A stretch of DNA of 62,940 nucleotides, counting the filler, from Catajapyx aquilonaris (Eukaryota): NCBI GenBank assembly GCA_000934665.2. It is 2 parts of 2 records of this genome, joined end to end, with 100 filler letters (N's around TTAATTAATTAA, not from the genome) between each part and the next. Parts side by side here need not be neighbours in the genome. Positions count along the whole stretch, not along the records: positions 31,467 to 62,940 come from JYFJ02004555.1; 1 more part is not named here. One strand, given 5' to 3'. Both the position numbers and the translations under genes were made by a program. Positions within the stretch are counted from its first letter, which is position 1; each line of letters opens with the position of its first letter. Below, piece by piece: positions 39,001-52,308 of this stretch. The notes under the pieces were generated by a model, which had not been told where the DNA came from, did not search any database, and saw nothing but the letters and a program-made list of their open reading frames with translations.

Positions 39001-40760
39001 CATGCCAGTAGGGTGCTTTTGCTAATCCACCTACGAAAGTCGAAAAAAAGAGCAAACGGGGCCCCTTAAATGGTTAATGATGGCTCCTTTCTATTTCTCA
39101 AACTTGGCTGGAATTGCACCCTTTGTGACATTTCTGATTGGCAGACAAGGACAAGCCCCTCAACCCAATGTTAGTAATATTACGTGGGTTGAGTTAATAG
39201 TCATTGCAATTTTTTAAAAAAATTCCAAAACTGTAACATATAGAGGGATGACCTTTGCTACGTTTTGAAGCTCTAGTGTTCATCAAAGTTCAGGTCATTC
39301 TCAGCTGTGGTGCCATTGCCATCATCTATGGGCAGTTGGTGAGAGCTGTATGTATCATCGCGTTCCATTGCCCACCATCCAACACTGGACCAAGGCTTCT
39401 TTTCAGCAGACGGTGAGAGGAAAGACTCTTCATCCAGTCCAGATCTGATAGGCCTCCAAAGCATCACTCCACCATGCCATTGAACATTGCATCTCATAGT
39501 GTTCTGACTTGTCCCACACTTGAAAGCAAGCTCCCATGTTCATATCAGAGTTTCCTGCATGCAATGTTCAATGGCTTCGGTGATGGTGGAGTGATGCTTT
39601 GGAGGTCTACCAAATCTGGAGTGGATGAAGATTCTTTCATCTCACCCTCTGCTGAAGAAGCTTTGGCCCAGTGTTGGATGGTGGGCAATGAAAATCGATG
39701 ACCGATGATACATACAGCTCTCACCAACTGCCCATGGATGATGGCAACGGCACCACAGCTGAGAATGACCTGGACTTTAATGAACGAATGCTGCTCAAGC
39801 AGGCCAGGCATCTTAGGGCAATGGTGGGGTGGTGGGTCGGGGGGGTCACGATGCTCTGTTGTTTCCTGCCACCACTTGCGATCTGGGCACCATCTATATA
39901 CCAGGTCAAATTGTAATTACCGGAGCTTCAAAACATAGGGAAAGTTATAACTCTCTCTATGTTACAGTTTTGGAATAATAAAATGCGTGCAATGAATTTT
40001 GACTCAACCCATGTATTTTGAACCCATGAAAGTAACTGAAGGAAACTTGAATTATAAGCAGTGAGGGCAATAAGTCACCAACCAGTATAGGCATTTCAAT
40101 TGTAATGTGATCTATTGATTCTTGGGCTGCGTAAATGTGACTGATATGATTTTATTGCCAGTAAGTTGGCTTACTTGGGTTATGATGGTCATATAACAAG
40201 ATACCATGGTTGGTGTGCTGAAGAAGCTTTTGTTAACTTACATGACATTGACCATTAAGAATGGGCATGACCTTGTGCGTCATGTCCCAAAAGATGTCTC
40301 ACATCTGTATCAGGGGAACAGTGTCGACTCTTGCTTTTCAACTGGTTGCTTGGATTGAGGGAAGGTATGAAAGGCATATTGAAAGAGCAAGTACGGTAGT
40401 GTCAGCAGGTCTGGGTGGGGCGAGAAAATACATGGTAAAGCCTCAGCCATGGATAAAGAAATTCTCAATTTCAAAAGTGGAATTGGGAGGCAAGTAGTGG
40501 GAGCATGTGGTCACAGGGTTGTGTGGCAATGGTGTGGATAAGTTTTATAGCATGCCCAAGTTTCTCCTGCCAGGAGGACATAATTGTTGGTCCTACAGTG
40601 TTCATAAACCAAGGCCATATGTCAATTTCACCTCCCAGACAAGTAGCCAGATGTTAAATGAGTTGTCTGCATTTCCATTATGACAGTCCTAGCCTGACTT
40701 GATTTATGGGGGGGACACGGTAAATTGGCATATAACTCACTTTTAATTATTATTTGCCTG

Positions 40761-40822
<62 letters not shown>

Positions 40823-43800
40823 ATACCAAATACAATTGGAAATGATTTTATATGAGGACAGGGCTGACCATGGCAAAGAACTATGATGTTTTGCTTTAGC
40901 CCAGGACATGAAGGACTATTGCAGTGGAGGTGCAATGAATAAGCACTAGCTTCACCTTGGAATACAGCATTTTTGACTCGAGCCTTTTTGGAAATACTTT
41001 TTTGGTATGGTAATAGTACCTGGGCTCTGCCAGAATTTATTCAGAATTTTAGTGTAATGGCAACATTTTAAATATATTAATAGAAACAATAATCATTTGC
41101 ATTTAATTGTTTTATGGAAGGCACACTACATCAATCTTATCAATGATTGCACTTTTTTTTAAACATTTTTTGTGTGTAATTCCCCGTGATAGGTCCAGGG
41201 GCCCTCTGGGGGAAGCGGAGGTTCCCAAGGGAGGGTGCTCTTAAGTAGTCATTTCTCACCCTCTTGAATACCATACCTTTTCTCTGCCCGGAGATGTCAA
41301 GTGAAAAGCGTAAAATGACCCGACCAAGCAAAGGTGACAGGGACGGGATTTGAACCCCAGACCTCCTGCTTGGCTGGCCAGTTGCTTAGCCACTAGACCA
41401 CCATGTCCCCCTATTGATAATTGCACTTTTACTAATTGTCATTATGAAAATTGCCATCTGTGGGGTTACTGAGAAAAGGCAAATGAGGGTTGATGGAGTA
41501 AATCTAGTTCATCAAATGATTAAAATTTTGTATTTTTTCTTGAATGGCATGGCCTTGGACATTGGCAAGGGGGTGATAGGTCATGCCGCTGTTATTGCAG
41601 ACTTTGATTGTAAACAATTGCCTCTCCAGAAATGGTAGATTGGGAGGAGCAGGTGCACCTTTTTCAAACCTAAACACTCACCATTACTGTTATTTCCATT
41701 AACAAATCAAAAATGGTCAGAGTATCAAATAAACCTTAGGTTTTATGGTCTGTTAGAAGTTTATGCACTTTCATAACCACAAAGTGGATACTGGCAAGTA
41801 TTATCATTTGACTTCTAACTTTGAAGAAGCCCCGCCCCCAACTTATTCGAAGGGTGCGTTCAGTTATCAGTTTCCTGAATAGGTGAGCTAGGGTGACGTC
41901 ACAAAATCAACAACACAGCTGAAAATCGAACGGGTTTTGTGACCTGTCAATTTCCATTTTCCCTGCCAGTTCCTCTGGAAATGTGCCATGCTTGACCTGG
42001 GGCACGACCTGGGGTCAAAGCCATAACTTAGTGTCGCCCATAGTAGGCTGGTACCAGCAGCAGGAACACCTTTCCTTCCTTCGTGTTATTTACCAATCTC
42101 CCGTGGCAACCAGAACAATCAGATATTTTTAAAACACCCCATTAGGAATATCCCAGAAGAAAAAACTTCAAAGTGGCCAAAATCATGGAACATTACTCGT
42201 ATTCATATCTGTTCTGTACTAATGGACAAACCAATTATGATGCAAGAGTTTGAGTTGTTACAGCTGACATCAGGAGCGGACTGGGTCTTAAAACCGGCCC
42301 AGGCATGTCACCTATCAGACCGGCCCATTGTTTATCAATAGTTCAATCAGGGTAGTAGGCAGAAAAAAAAATTGCAGGGAGGTTTCCATAAGCACTAGGT
42401 GAAGAAGCCGTAAAGGGCGGGGAGTGAGCCCGCCGCAGGCGCAAATTTTTTGGGGGGTTTAAGGTCACACGAGCTTAGGTGAATGTAGATTTGAATGGGT
42501 GTATTTGATGAAATTGGTAGCACTTTTTCCAAACAATCATGAATTAGTAATTTCAAACATTTCATGCCGCATGAGCCAAATTTCTTTCAAATTTTTAGGT
42601 GGGTGGGAGTTTTTTTCTTCTTTTTCTCCAGCCCGGCCCACCGGGCATTGCCTATATGCCCATATGGCCAGTCCGCCACTGGCTGACATGGACTAAGGCA
42701 TGGGTATTCTGGAACTCATATTTAAAAATAACCCATGAAATACCTTTAACCCTAATAAGACGGGTGGTTTTTCGCGTTTTTGCAAGGATCTGCAAAAAAT
42801 TCACTTGCTTTGTCACTTGGGGGAAGAGACGTGAATACACTACTAGTGAATAAGATCATCTAGTGTCCAGGCTTCATCCTGAGGCCATCTGTGTGACCCT
42901 CCTCTCATATCATATGGAGATGTAAATTCTTAAAAGCGCAACGAGGTGGCACAGGGGGTTTGTTTCGCGCCTACTCCAATTTTTTGTCAATCTGCCTGCT
43001 TGACAAAAAGTATATGGGTATGTAGCTGAACAAAGCAGTACATAAGCACATGGCATGAATTATGTCACAGGACCGGCAGGCGAGCTGCAGTGATAAACAT
43101 ACACCCCCTCCCGAGTGAAAACCTCCCTCGCGCCACAGCTGTTCAAAAACCCCGCAGGACATGCGCCCCCCCATCCTGATGGAGGCCTGCCGGGACTTGC
43201 GCAGTGGCCCTCGCCAGCCGCTAATTGGCATTTACGAACATTATTTATTTACTTTAAAGCTATTGAATTATCTTTTGCACTAATTTTAGGGCGGAATCTC
43301 TTGAGGAGGTTTGGGGGCAACTGTTTGCCAAAAATTTGCCGGCCTAGGTTGATTTTTTTTTTTGGCGGCCACAAAAACTCAAAAAGATGATTTCATTCAA
43401 GTTAATCTGGTTATTCCAGTTTATTTATGCAAGATTTTGTAGTCCAAAACTCGCAATTTTTTACGCGAGAGAACATTAAAAAAGCCACACAGAAACTACA
43501 TTACATAGTGGGAAAATGCTATAGTTTCACCAGCAGCATTGTTTAAAGGCACCGTATTAGCATATGATACGCCCGTCTTATTAGGGTTAAAAAATGTAAT
43601 GTCATATGGTAACTTTGAAATGACGTCACTGACCCGCACACTATTGGCTAGCCGAGGAGGTGTGGTCCTTTAACCTGTATGCAATTGGCTGACGCAAAAA
43701 GGGGGCGGGGTTTGAAGTTAGATGTCCGATGACAATAGTTCAGATCTTTCTGTACAACACAGTAGTAACATTACCAGCTAGAAATCTTGAAATAGGATAG

Positions 43801-46800
43801 AAGAATTTTTTCTCAATGTTTATTACTAGAGAACGAATTTCTCGGTTTTTACCTACTTTTTATTCTGCAGACAGAACACCGGAACCAAAATCTCTCATCT
43901 ATTTCGTAACACAAGAACCTCAAATATCGTAGTTTGATAGAATCTAAAATAGCCTATATCAGACGTTGGAGCCTAAATGGCCTATAATCGCCTATTTCCA
44001 CCTTTTTGACACCATTCTGTAAGATTTTTGCGGGTTTTCTGTTCAACCTGCGAACGGCAAAGAAGCTGTAGGCATGCAGAATGAACTGGTGATAGAAGAA
44101 ATTTCACTCTTCAAGTAGGATCAAGTTACTTCGTGTAATGCCGAAAGGTCATTTAAAGTGTATTAAGATGTATTGTTATACAGGCGTCGCTGACTAACTT
44201 ATGAAAATATGGAATAACTGCTAGTTTGTTACTGTGGTACAAAATTCCATGGCCAAGGGTAGGCTGGAAAAGGGGATGAGGGCTGTCCTAACCTTTTTCA
44301 AGTCCTACAGCCCGTTTCCGGCTATTTATTCAAATGAACAAATCTCCACATACATAAAGCCAATAGGCCATAAAACAAATCAACATTAATCAACAATTAA
44401 CAACAGCAGGAGCCATCGCAAGACTTCATTCAAGCATATCGTCACCATCATAGTCAGTATGGGCAGGGTTTCCGCTTCACCAGGCCGTCTTCTTCTGGCC
44501 AAGGGTAGGCTGTAATAGAAACGTATAGAAATTAAAATAAATTAGGACCTGCTTGATTCTTACTGCCTATGTGAGAGCCTATTTTAACTGTTTTCAGAGC
44601 CTAAATGCCTACCTTTTGTGGGGCTTTTTAGAACCTAAAAATCTGTTCTACTCTTGGCCATGAAATTTTGCATTACAGTAACAATTTACCAATTGTTCCA
44701 TATTTTTGTTGGTTGGTCCTGCCTGACAATACATCTTTATATGCTAAAAATGACCTTGAGAGGTCACACAAAGCAATTGGATCATACTTTTTTTTTTTTT
44801 TTTCCATTACCCCAAGGGGGGAGTTATACTACTCCTTAGGGGGGGTGGGTTGCTACCTTTGGAATTTGTTTTGGAGCGAGTTTAAGAATAATCTTAATTA
44901 GTATGCTCCAAGGGTGGGTGGGAGGGGATGTGCAAAGTGCAAGTGCAATGTTTCTGATCGTCATTTTGTGAACTCCCGCGGGTGGCTTAGTCTGCCGGAA
45001 ATTGCCACCCGAAACGAAGCCAGAGATGGCCCAACTCTGCACGAAAGAAGGTGGGAACCCCGGGTGGGGATTGAACCCGGGACCTTAACTTCCGTGGGCG
45101 CGCGCGTTACCGCGGCGCCACTCCGTCTCCCCAATGGGATCATACTTGAAAAGTGAAATGTCTTCTAGAGCCAGTTAATCCTGCATGCTTACAACTTCTT
45201 CGCCCTTCACAGGTTGAAGCAGGAGGGATGCTTTGAAAGGAAAACCCACAGAGCTCTCGAAAATCTTACAGAACAGCTTCAAAAAGTTGGAAATAGGTGA
45301 AAATAGGTTCTAATAGGCCATTTAGGCTCCAAGGCCCGAAATAGGCAATTGTAGGTTCTATAAAACTATGATTTTTGAGGTCCTTGGCCCCTTGGGTTAT
45401 GAATCGGATTGATATTTTGGTTCCGGTGTTCTGCCTACAGAATAAAAAGTAGGTAAAAACCTAGAAATTCGTTCTCTAATCATTAAGAAATTCCCTCGGC
45501 ATTTGCAGGGGAATGGTTCCGTCCCCCTCTCCCCATGATACCTAAATCTGCAGATTCTCATGTCCCTTTTACAAAATGGCGTAGTATATGCATGTAACCA
45601 ATGCACCTACTTTATAGTAGGGTAAGTTGGGGTAAGCCCGACACTGGGGCAAGTGCTGCATTGCTTCAAATACGTAGCACAAGGTGACAGGAGCTATGGA
45701 AAATAACGTTGACGTTCACGACGACCTTTGCCTACTCGGTTTAAAGTAGCACGATCTTCTCTCTTTCATCACATTGATAAAAAATTGCCAAAAGAGGCGA
45801 CCAGAATATTTTTGTGGTGACCAATTGATATTCCGGGACTGGTGACAGGCTAATTTCGAACACTGGTGTGAAAACACTTCCAAATAGTGCATTTTATGCC
45901 AGTACTGTGAGCCAACCTGTTGCAGAGCAGTGAATAAAAGTTTGTCCTGTAAGAACTTCTTGGAAGTTTTTAATCTAGAAAAACGGACTGACAGAGGAAG
46001 TTTGTGGCACTAATCCTATGCAACCTGAGCAATGTTTATTACTCTGAGAGAATTCCACAATCTCACTTACCCCATATCATAGGGCAAGTGTGGCACTGTG
46101 CACCATGTGCATATTTTTCTTATTTTACGGAGCACCCACGACCCACATATATGAATGTTATACACTAGGCCACATTGAAGGTCAATAAGGTTAGGTATAT
46201 TGTCCATTACTTATTTTCTCACTTACTAATTACTGAGGAAGTAGCATGCCTTTAACCCTTTGTCTCCTGCGGCCATGATGGTTGCATTATAATGCAACCA
46301 CACAAAATAATTTTTTTAAAATTCACTGGTATAACCCCACTGGAAATATCTTTCACCATAGCCTTAGGAACTCTTCTGGTTTCTATGTTCATGAATATTT
46401 ATGCCACTCGCCTGATGTTTTTAATGACATGACATCATAGGGCACATAGGCCAAAGGTCTCATTCATAGTAAACAAACACATACTGCATGAATTTAAATA
46501 CGCATAGCTCCCTGCCGCATATTTCCTGGTAAGTGGACGTGCAGCTGAAAACAATTTAAAAATTCCAGCAATTCTGCGACTTACTTTTAGCCGGGGGGAA
46601 AATCCGAATGATCTGTCAAGGGTAGGCAAACTCACCAGCTGCCATTTTGGTCGTAAAAAAGGTTCTCGCTCCTAATTGGCCGGGAGGACTGCTCCGAGCT
46701 CTCGGCGGTGGCCGCTTGCCACCTGAGCCGCCTTTTGTTGCACCTGGTGGCTCATATTACGTCTGTGTTAACGAGACCTTAAATTTTTTTTAAACAGACA

Positions 46801-49800
46801 CTTACTGTTTTCATAATTCATCAGAGAGACTGGGCAATCATGTACAGGGCTTGGACAAAATAATGGGGCCCCCTGCAAAGAACGGGTGAATTCTTTCCTC
46901 CATTGTACTCGAAAACTGGAAATGTTACAGAGATGACTTTTAGTGATTTTTGAAGCTCTGTCGATGTACATTTACAGACATGAAGATGACACAAAAGTCA
47001 CAAGAAGAGGGGGAGAAACAAAACACTAACGACCCCCCCCCCNCCCCCCCCCCCCCCCCCGGGACTCCATTTTTGACCAGCGTGTCCCACCCTTTTCATC
47101 TGAAAATGAAAATAGTTACAGATATGAACTTTACTGGATACTGTTTGGTATAGAGATGGACCAAAATTACCGACGGGGGGCGGAGGAATAAATATAAACG
47201 ACACCCCCCTTCCCCAGCACTAAATCTGAGAAGAGGTCGGACAAAATAATGTATAGTAAGTTTGGGTCGAATTTTCATCCCACTGCTAGTTACTACTAAC
47301 TTATGTGTGCCATATTTGGGACTGGTGCTGCTAAGTTAGCATTAACTAGCAGTGGGGCGAAAATTTTCCATTGTTTGCATTCAAGCAGTGCCGGGGTAGG
47401 GGGTTGTGGTTTCAATTTTTTTCCCCCGCCCTCTGTCAGTAATTTTGGTTCCTCTCTATACTACACAAAGTGACCTCGATGGGGCTTCCAAATTCCAGTG
47501 AAGTTCACATATCGTCGCTGTGGAGTCAAAACCACGTAACTCGAATAATACTAATTTTTCAGGAGAGCAAAAAAACTAAATAAAAAAATTACACTTGCAT
47601 TGAGATTTAATTGCTTCACCTGGCCATATCTTCGCTCCTATTGGGCAAAAAATTACGCCGTTTTGATGGCAGATGCAGCGCAAAATCCCCGATTTTCACG
47701 ATCAAAAACCCGAAATCGGCCGAAAAGCGAGTTACGCGGTTTTGACTCCACAGCGACGATATGTAACTATTTTCATTTTCAAATTAAAAGGATGGGAGAC
47801 TGGTCAAAAATGGGGTCTGGGGGGCGGGGGTGTCGTTAGTCTTTTGTTTCTCCCCCTCCTCTTGTGATTTTTGTGCCATTTTCATGTCTGTAAATCTGTA
47901 TGTCGACAGAGCTTCAAAAATCACTAAAAGTCATCTCTGTAACATTTCCAGTTTTCGAGTACAACAGAGGATAAAATCCACCCTCTTCTTGCAGGGGGCC
48001 CCATTATTTTTTCTAACTCCTGTAGAATTATCTTGGATTATTACGAGAGGTGGAAGCTGCCTAAAAAAACTGTGTAGATGTTGCAATAGGATGACGTCAC
48101 CTTCTCGTGCATAGCATATGAGGCAGTACATGGCTCGCAAGGTGCAACTTGAGTTTGTAGGTCTCGGACGCTTCAGCCCCATCTTGTGCCTGAATCGATA
48201 GCGAAACCACTGGTGCCAGATCCAATAATTTTCACCTAAGGCGCTATTTTATTTTATTGTTATTATTGTCTTCATTACAATTAAACGATCATAAGTAGCA
48301 CTATTATAAAGCCAGAGGCCGAAGCAAAAATGTTGGGACCGGTTGGGACCATCTATGGTTGATAATGCATTTATTTTAAAAATATATTGAACACTTATAC
48401 TTGCCTAAATAAGTAAATATTATCAAATAGTCGTCATTGCGCAGGGCCATCAAAAATTCACACTTTTCTATGTTTTCTCTCACAACCAAAGTAACTTTTC
48501 TTACCCTCCTGAATGCTGAAAATGTTTGGATTTTATAATTCTGCTTGGCCTATAGTTTTGAGAAAACATCACCTCCGCTGCTAATTTCCACGTTAGCAGG
48601 GTGAAAATACAGCCAAAAGGCGATGTTCCGAAGCCGCAACACTTGCATCCAGTCGCGAGTCGCCGGCCAGCGCCAACAAGGGATAAATAGGGTACAAGCA
48701 GGCCGTAAAGGTCCGCCATCTTTGATGGTTTTGCCATGGCACTTCACGGCAAGAACAAGCGCGAATTTGGACATGTTTGCCGTACTTCCGGAATTTATAC
48801 ATAGAAAAGTGCATTAAGGAGCTCATACGGCAAAAATGTTCAAATTCACGCTTGTTCTTGCCGTGAAGTGCCACGGCAAAACCATCAAAGATGGCATACC
48901 TTTACGGCCTGCTTGTACCCTATTTATTCCTTGTTGGCGCTGGCCGGCGACTCGCGACTGGATGCAAGTGTTGTGGCTTCGGAACATCGCCTTTTGGCTG
49001 TATTTTCACCCTGCTAACGTGGAAATTAGCAGCGGAGGTGATGTTTTCTCAGCACTATAGGCCAAGCAGAATTAGAAAATCCAAAAATTTTCAAAATTCA
49101 GGAGGGTAAGAAAAGTTACTTTGGTTGTCAGATAAAAAGTAGGGAATTGGAGCGAATGTGGCCATTCTTATACAGTATATGATACACATTTAAACAAGAT
49201 GTCCAAAGACACTTTGTATGAATATTTTGGATTTTTCATTCGTGTGATATTTGCGGTCAAACGTATAGGAGCCATTGTTTGTTAGAAAGGACCTGTTCAA
49301 AGTTATCCTGGCAAAGAAAGGCCACTCACATGGCTCAATGATTCGTGTCAATTAGATTGGAGCAGATCACTGAAACTTGGCAACGCAGGGGAGTTGGATC
49401 AAAATGTTGCTGTCCAGCCACTCTAATATATGTCATTCAATGGAAGAATGCTTCTAAAGGGTGACCTCGGGTGACCTTCATCAGTTTGGAGAAAGAGTTC
49501 GGCCTTGATTTGCCAACGAACCCCATCTTGAGTCCGGCGAGTCCGCCCCTCTTTCACCTCTCTCTCTTTTAGGGGAGAGTGAGAGAGAGGAGAGGGAGTG
49601 AGGGAGAGATACGCAATTGGGCAAACGCGTGATATCTCGATGGGGCTTGCATTTCGCATATCGGTTCCCTGAGGCGGCATTTGTCTCACACGAATATTCT
49701 TACAACATTTTTACGGGGTAAAAACCACACGAGTTTTCCTGCCTCTATATCAACTAATAAAACAGTTCACCACGTGACAACATGTTTTGAATCCTACCAA

Positions 49801-52251
49801 GGCCGCTAGGTGGCAACCCCTACCACATCAAAGATACAGTCAGTGGCGAACACAGCGGCCTTTAGCGGAAAACTAGGTGCATAGATTATACACTACAAGA
49901 TGCGCAAGATGGTTGCCGTTTAGGTAGCTTGAACAGGTCCTTTATAGTAGTGGAGGCAGATTCGCTGGTCGTGTTAGCGGAAATTCGCGATACAACCAGC
50001 CTCGGCGGGACCCCTACAAATTTCAGGCCCCAGAGAGGCCTTTATATGGCCCAGGGGGGTGGGTGGGGTGGTAGGTAGCACCTTCTTTGGTTAGTAGAGG
50101 AGCCAGCCATTCCACATAGTGCCAAGATGACAGCTTCACATTAAGCAGAAGCTTATTGGCAATTCCACGTGTTATGTACAGACCATGGGAAGCTGTATTG
50201 AGGTGTTTAGGAGTCCACCGTGGCTAGGTACTTGACGTAATAGATTAACTGTTGTGAAAATCAGATGCAGCGCAGAAATGTGAAGGTGAGGGACATCATG
50301 GAAATTTCATTCGATGGCCATCCACGCGTGTGCGATTGTCTGAAATCTCGTTACGTACAATCCGTCATTGGACACCAGTTTCTGGGGTATATGCAACTAG
50401 GGGGAAACTCTACAAAATTTGACAGCACAGGTTTCGAAGCTCAAGTGCATGTGGGGCAGTAGGGTGCGAGGAACCTCATCATGCCATTAGATTGGGAGAA
50501 TTCTCATTTTGAACGTGAAAACATTTGAGATATCCACCCGTTACGTACCACCCGGCATCGTTACATACAACCTACAGCGATTTACTGGGAGTAGCATAAA
50601 TGTTTGGGGATTGGAATGTCTGTGAATTCATAATCTTATAATGGCTCTGCTGCACTGAAATAGGAACTAGGTCAGTTTTTGCCCATTGGATACCTTTTGG
50701 TGTGACTGTGGAAGGTCACTCATTCATGAATACATTAAAGTGATTGCACAGATCGATGTTGCATTTTGTGCCCTTGAATTATATGAAGACGTCTGTCTCT
50801 CTTCCTGTCACATATCGGTACAGCGAATAACCAGCTGGCAATGCGCATTAGCCGAAAGGATATCACAGAGCGCACGCTTAGATACTCTGGGAATAATACT
50901 GTGTTGTTGGGAATGATACTGTCACAAACTAACATGGGTAAGGAAACCATGGTCCACATGCTATCGGTTTTAGTCACTCAGATTCCAACTGCATCAAGAT
51001 GTAAGAACCGCACCCCATGTCTGCTCTTTCGTGGAATTGCCCTTATACTTTTATCACAAGAGCCCCCCAGCGCCTTTAAAATCTACTGGCTGTCACTTGC
51101 TAATAATTATTGTTATTGAACTTATAGGGACCCCGCATCACTTCAGCAGTTGAAAACTGGAAGTATAATTTTTTATGGTCTTGTTAATTAATGTCGAAAA
51201 TAATAATTATATTCATAACAATTGTATCTCTAAAAAGGCATGTTTTACAAACTCAAGAGGACGCCCTCCGCAGGGCCCGGGGCGGAACACCGTACGTTTT
51301 GGACTTGAGAATGTAATGCAAAATTTCTACTGTTATTCTGGAATGAGGACTCAGGACATCCGCTACAAGAGCAATCAATGCAACGCAGAAAGTGATCCAA
51401 GCATAACTTTTCATTTCTGATAAGTTATTATTAGAGGGCGGATAGTTATGCTTGTAAAAAGGTCGAAATATGCATGCAAATATTCCCCCAAAAATAGCGA
51501 AATATTATCTCAGATATTCTCAAAAACCTGCGTTCAATTCGCGATTAATTCTTGCATTACCCTGAAAAATAAATACATGCAAATTATGTGCCATGGACTT
51601 GAGACTTTATCTCACACAAGAGGTTTATTTCTTACAGTAGTAACATCACAACTTCATAAATCGTCTTTAATTTCACTACCTTCATTGAAGTGGCAATAAG
51701 AGACAATTATTTGTTCCAAATTTGATGCAGTCAATCGCTGCCTTCGCTCACTGAGAGTGGCCTTGAGAATGGAAAATGACCACTCCACATCACATGTGGA
51801 TATTGGTGCAAACTTCATCATGGATACATGCTGGGGAGTATATTTCTCAGGCACCACAGTTGCAGAGTGCCCGTGCAGGGTCTCAGCTACATCGTTTACG
51901 ATGTTCCAGCCGGGATTTTTTAGCAGGACCTGACTTAATTTCTCTCTAATCCTCTGCCCTATGTTCCCTGGCACTTTACCTAGATCTAGCTCGAACCGCT
52001 GTACCACTTCAACAGCCCCAAAATACGTAGATAACAAGATTAATGAAGGAAAAAGCGTGAAATATTCTAAATATGTCGCTAAAGCCAAAATATGTTGTTA
52101 AGCTCGAAATATTCTTTTATTGCAAAATAAGACCCACTTTTTTGGACGAATTTTCATACAAATCACGCCCTTGTGCATACAGAGGGGAAAAATATGCAAA
52201 AACATAACTATCCGCCCTCTAGTTATTATAGTAATATTGTCTTTCGTCTCT

Positions 52252-52308
<57 letters not shown>

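Larger units (their letters stand above)
41799..43737. mobile_element. old non-autonomous DNA element hosting two nested insertions
   Basis: Imperfect terminal inverted repeats TATTATCATTTGACTTCTAACTT..CCCCGCCCCC / GGGGGCGGGG..AAGTTAGATGTCCGATGACAATA; subterminal TGACGTCAC at both ends. Confidence 0.55.

Noticed and set aside
48501..49109. Pairs of near-identical ORFs on opposite strands
   Set aside because: Consequence of the DNA palindrome, not duplicated genes.
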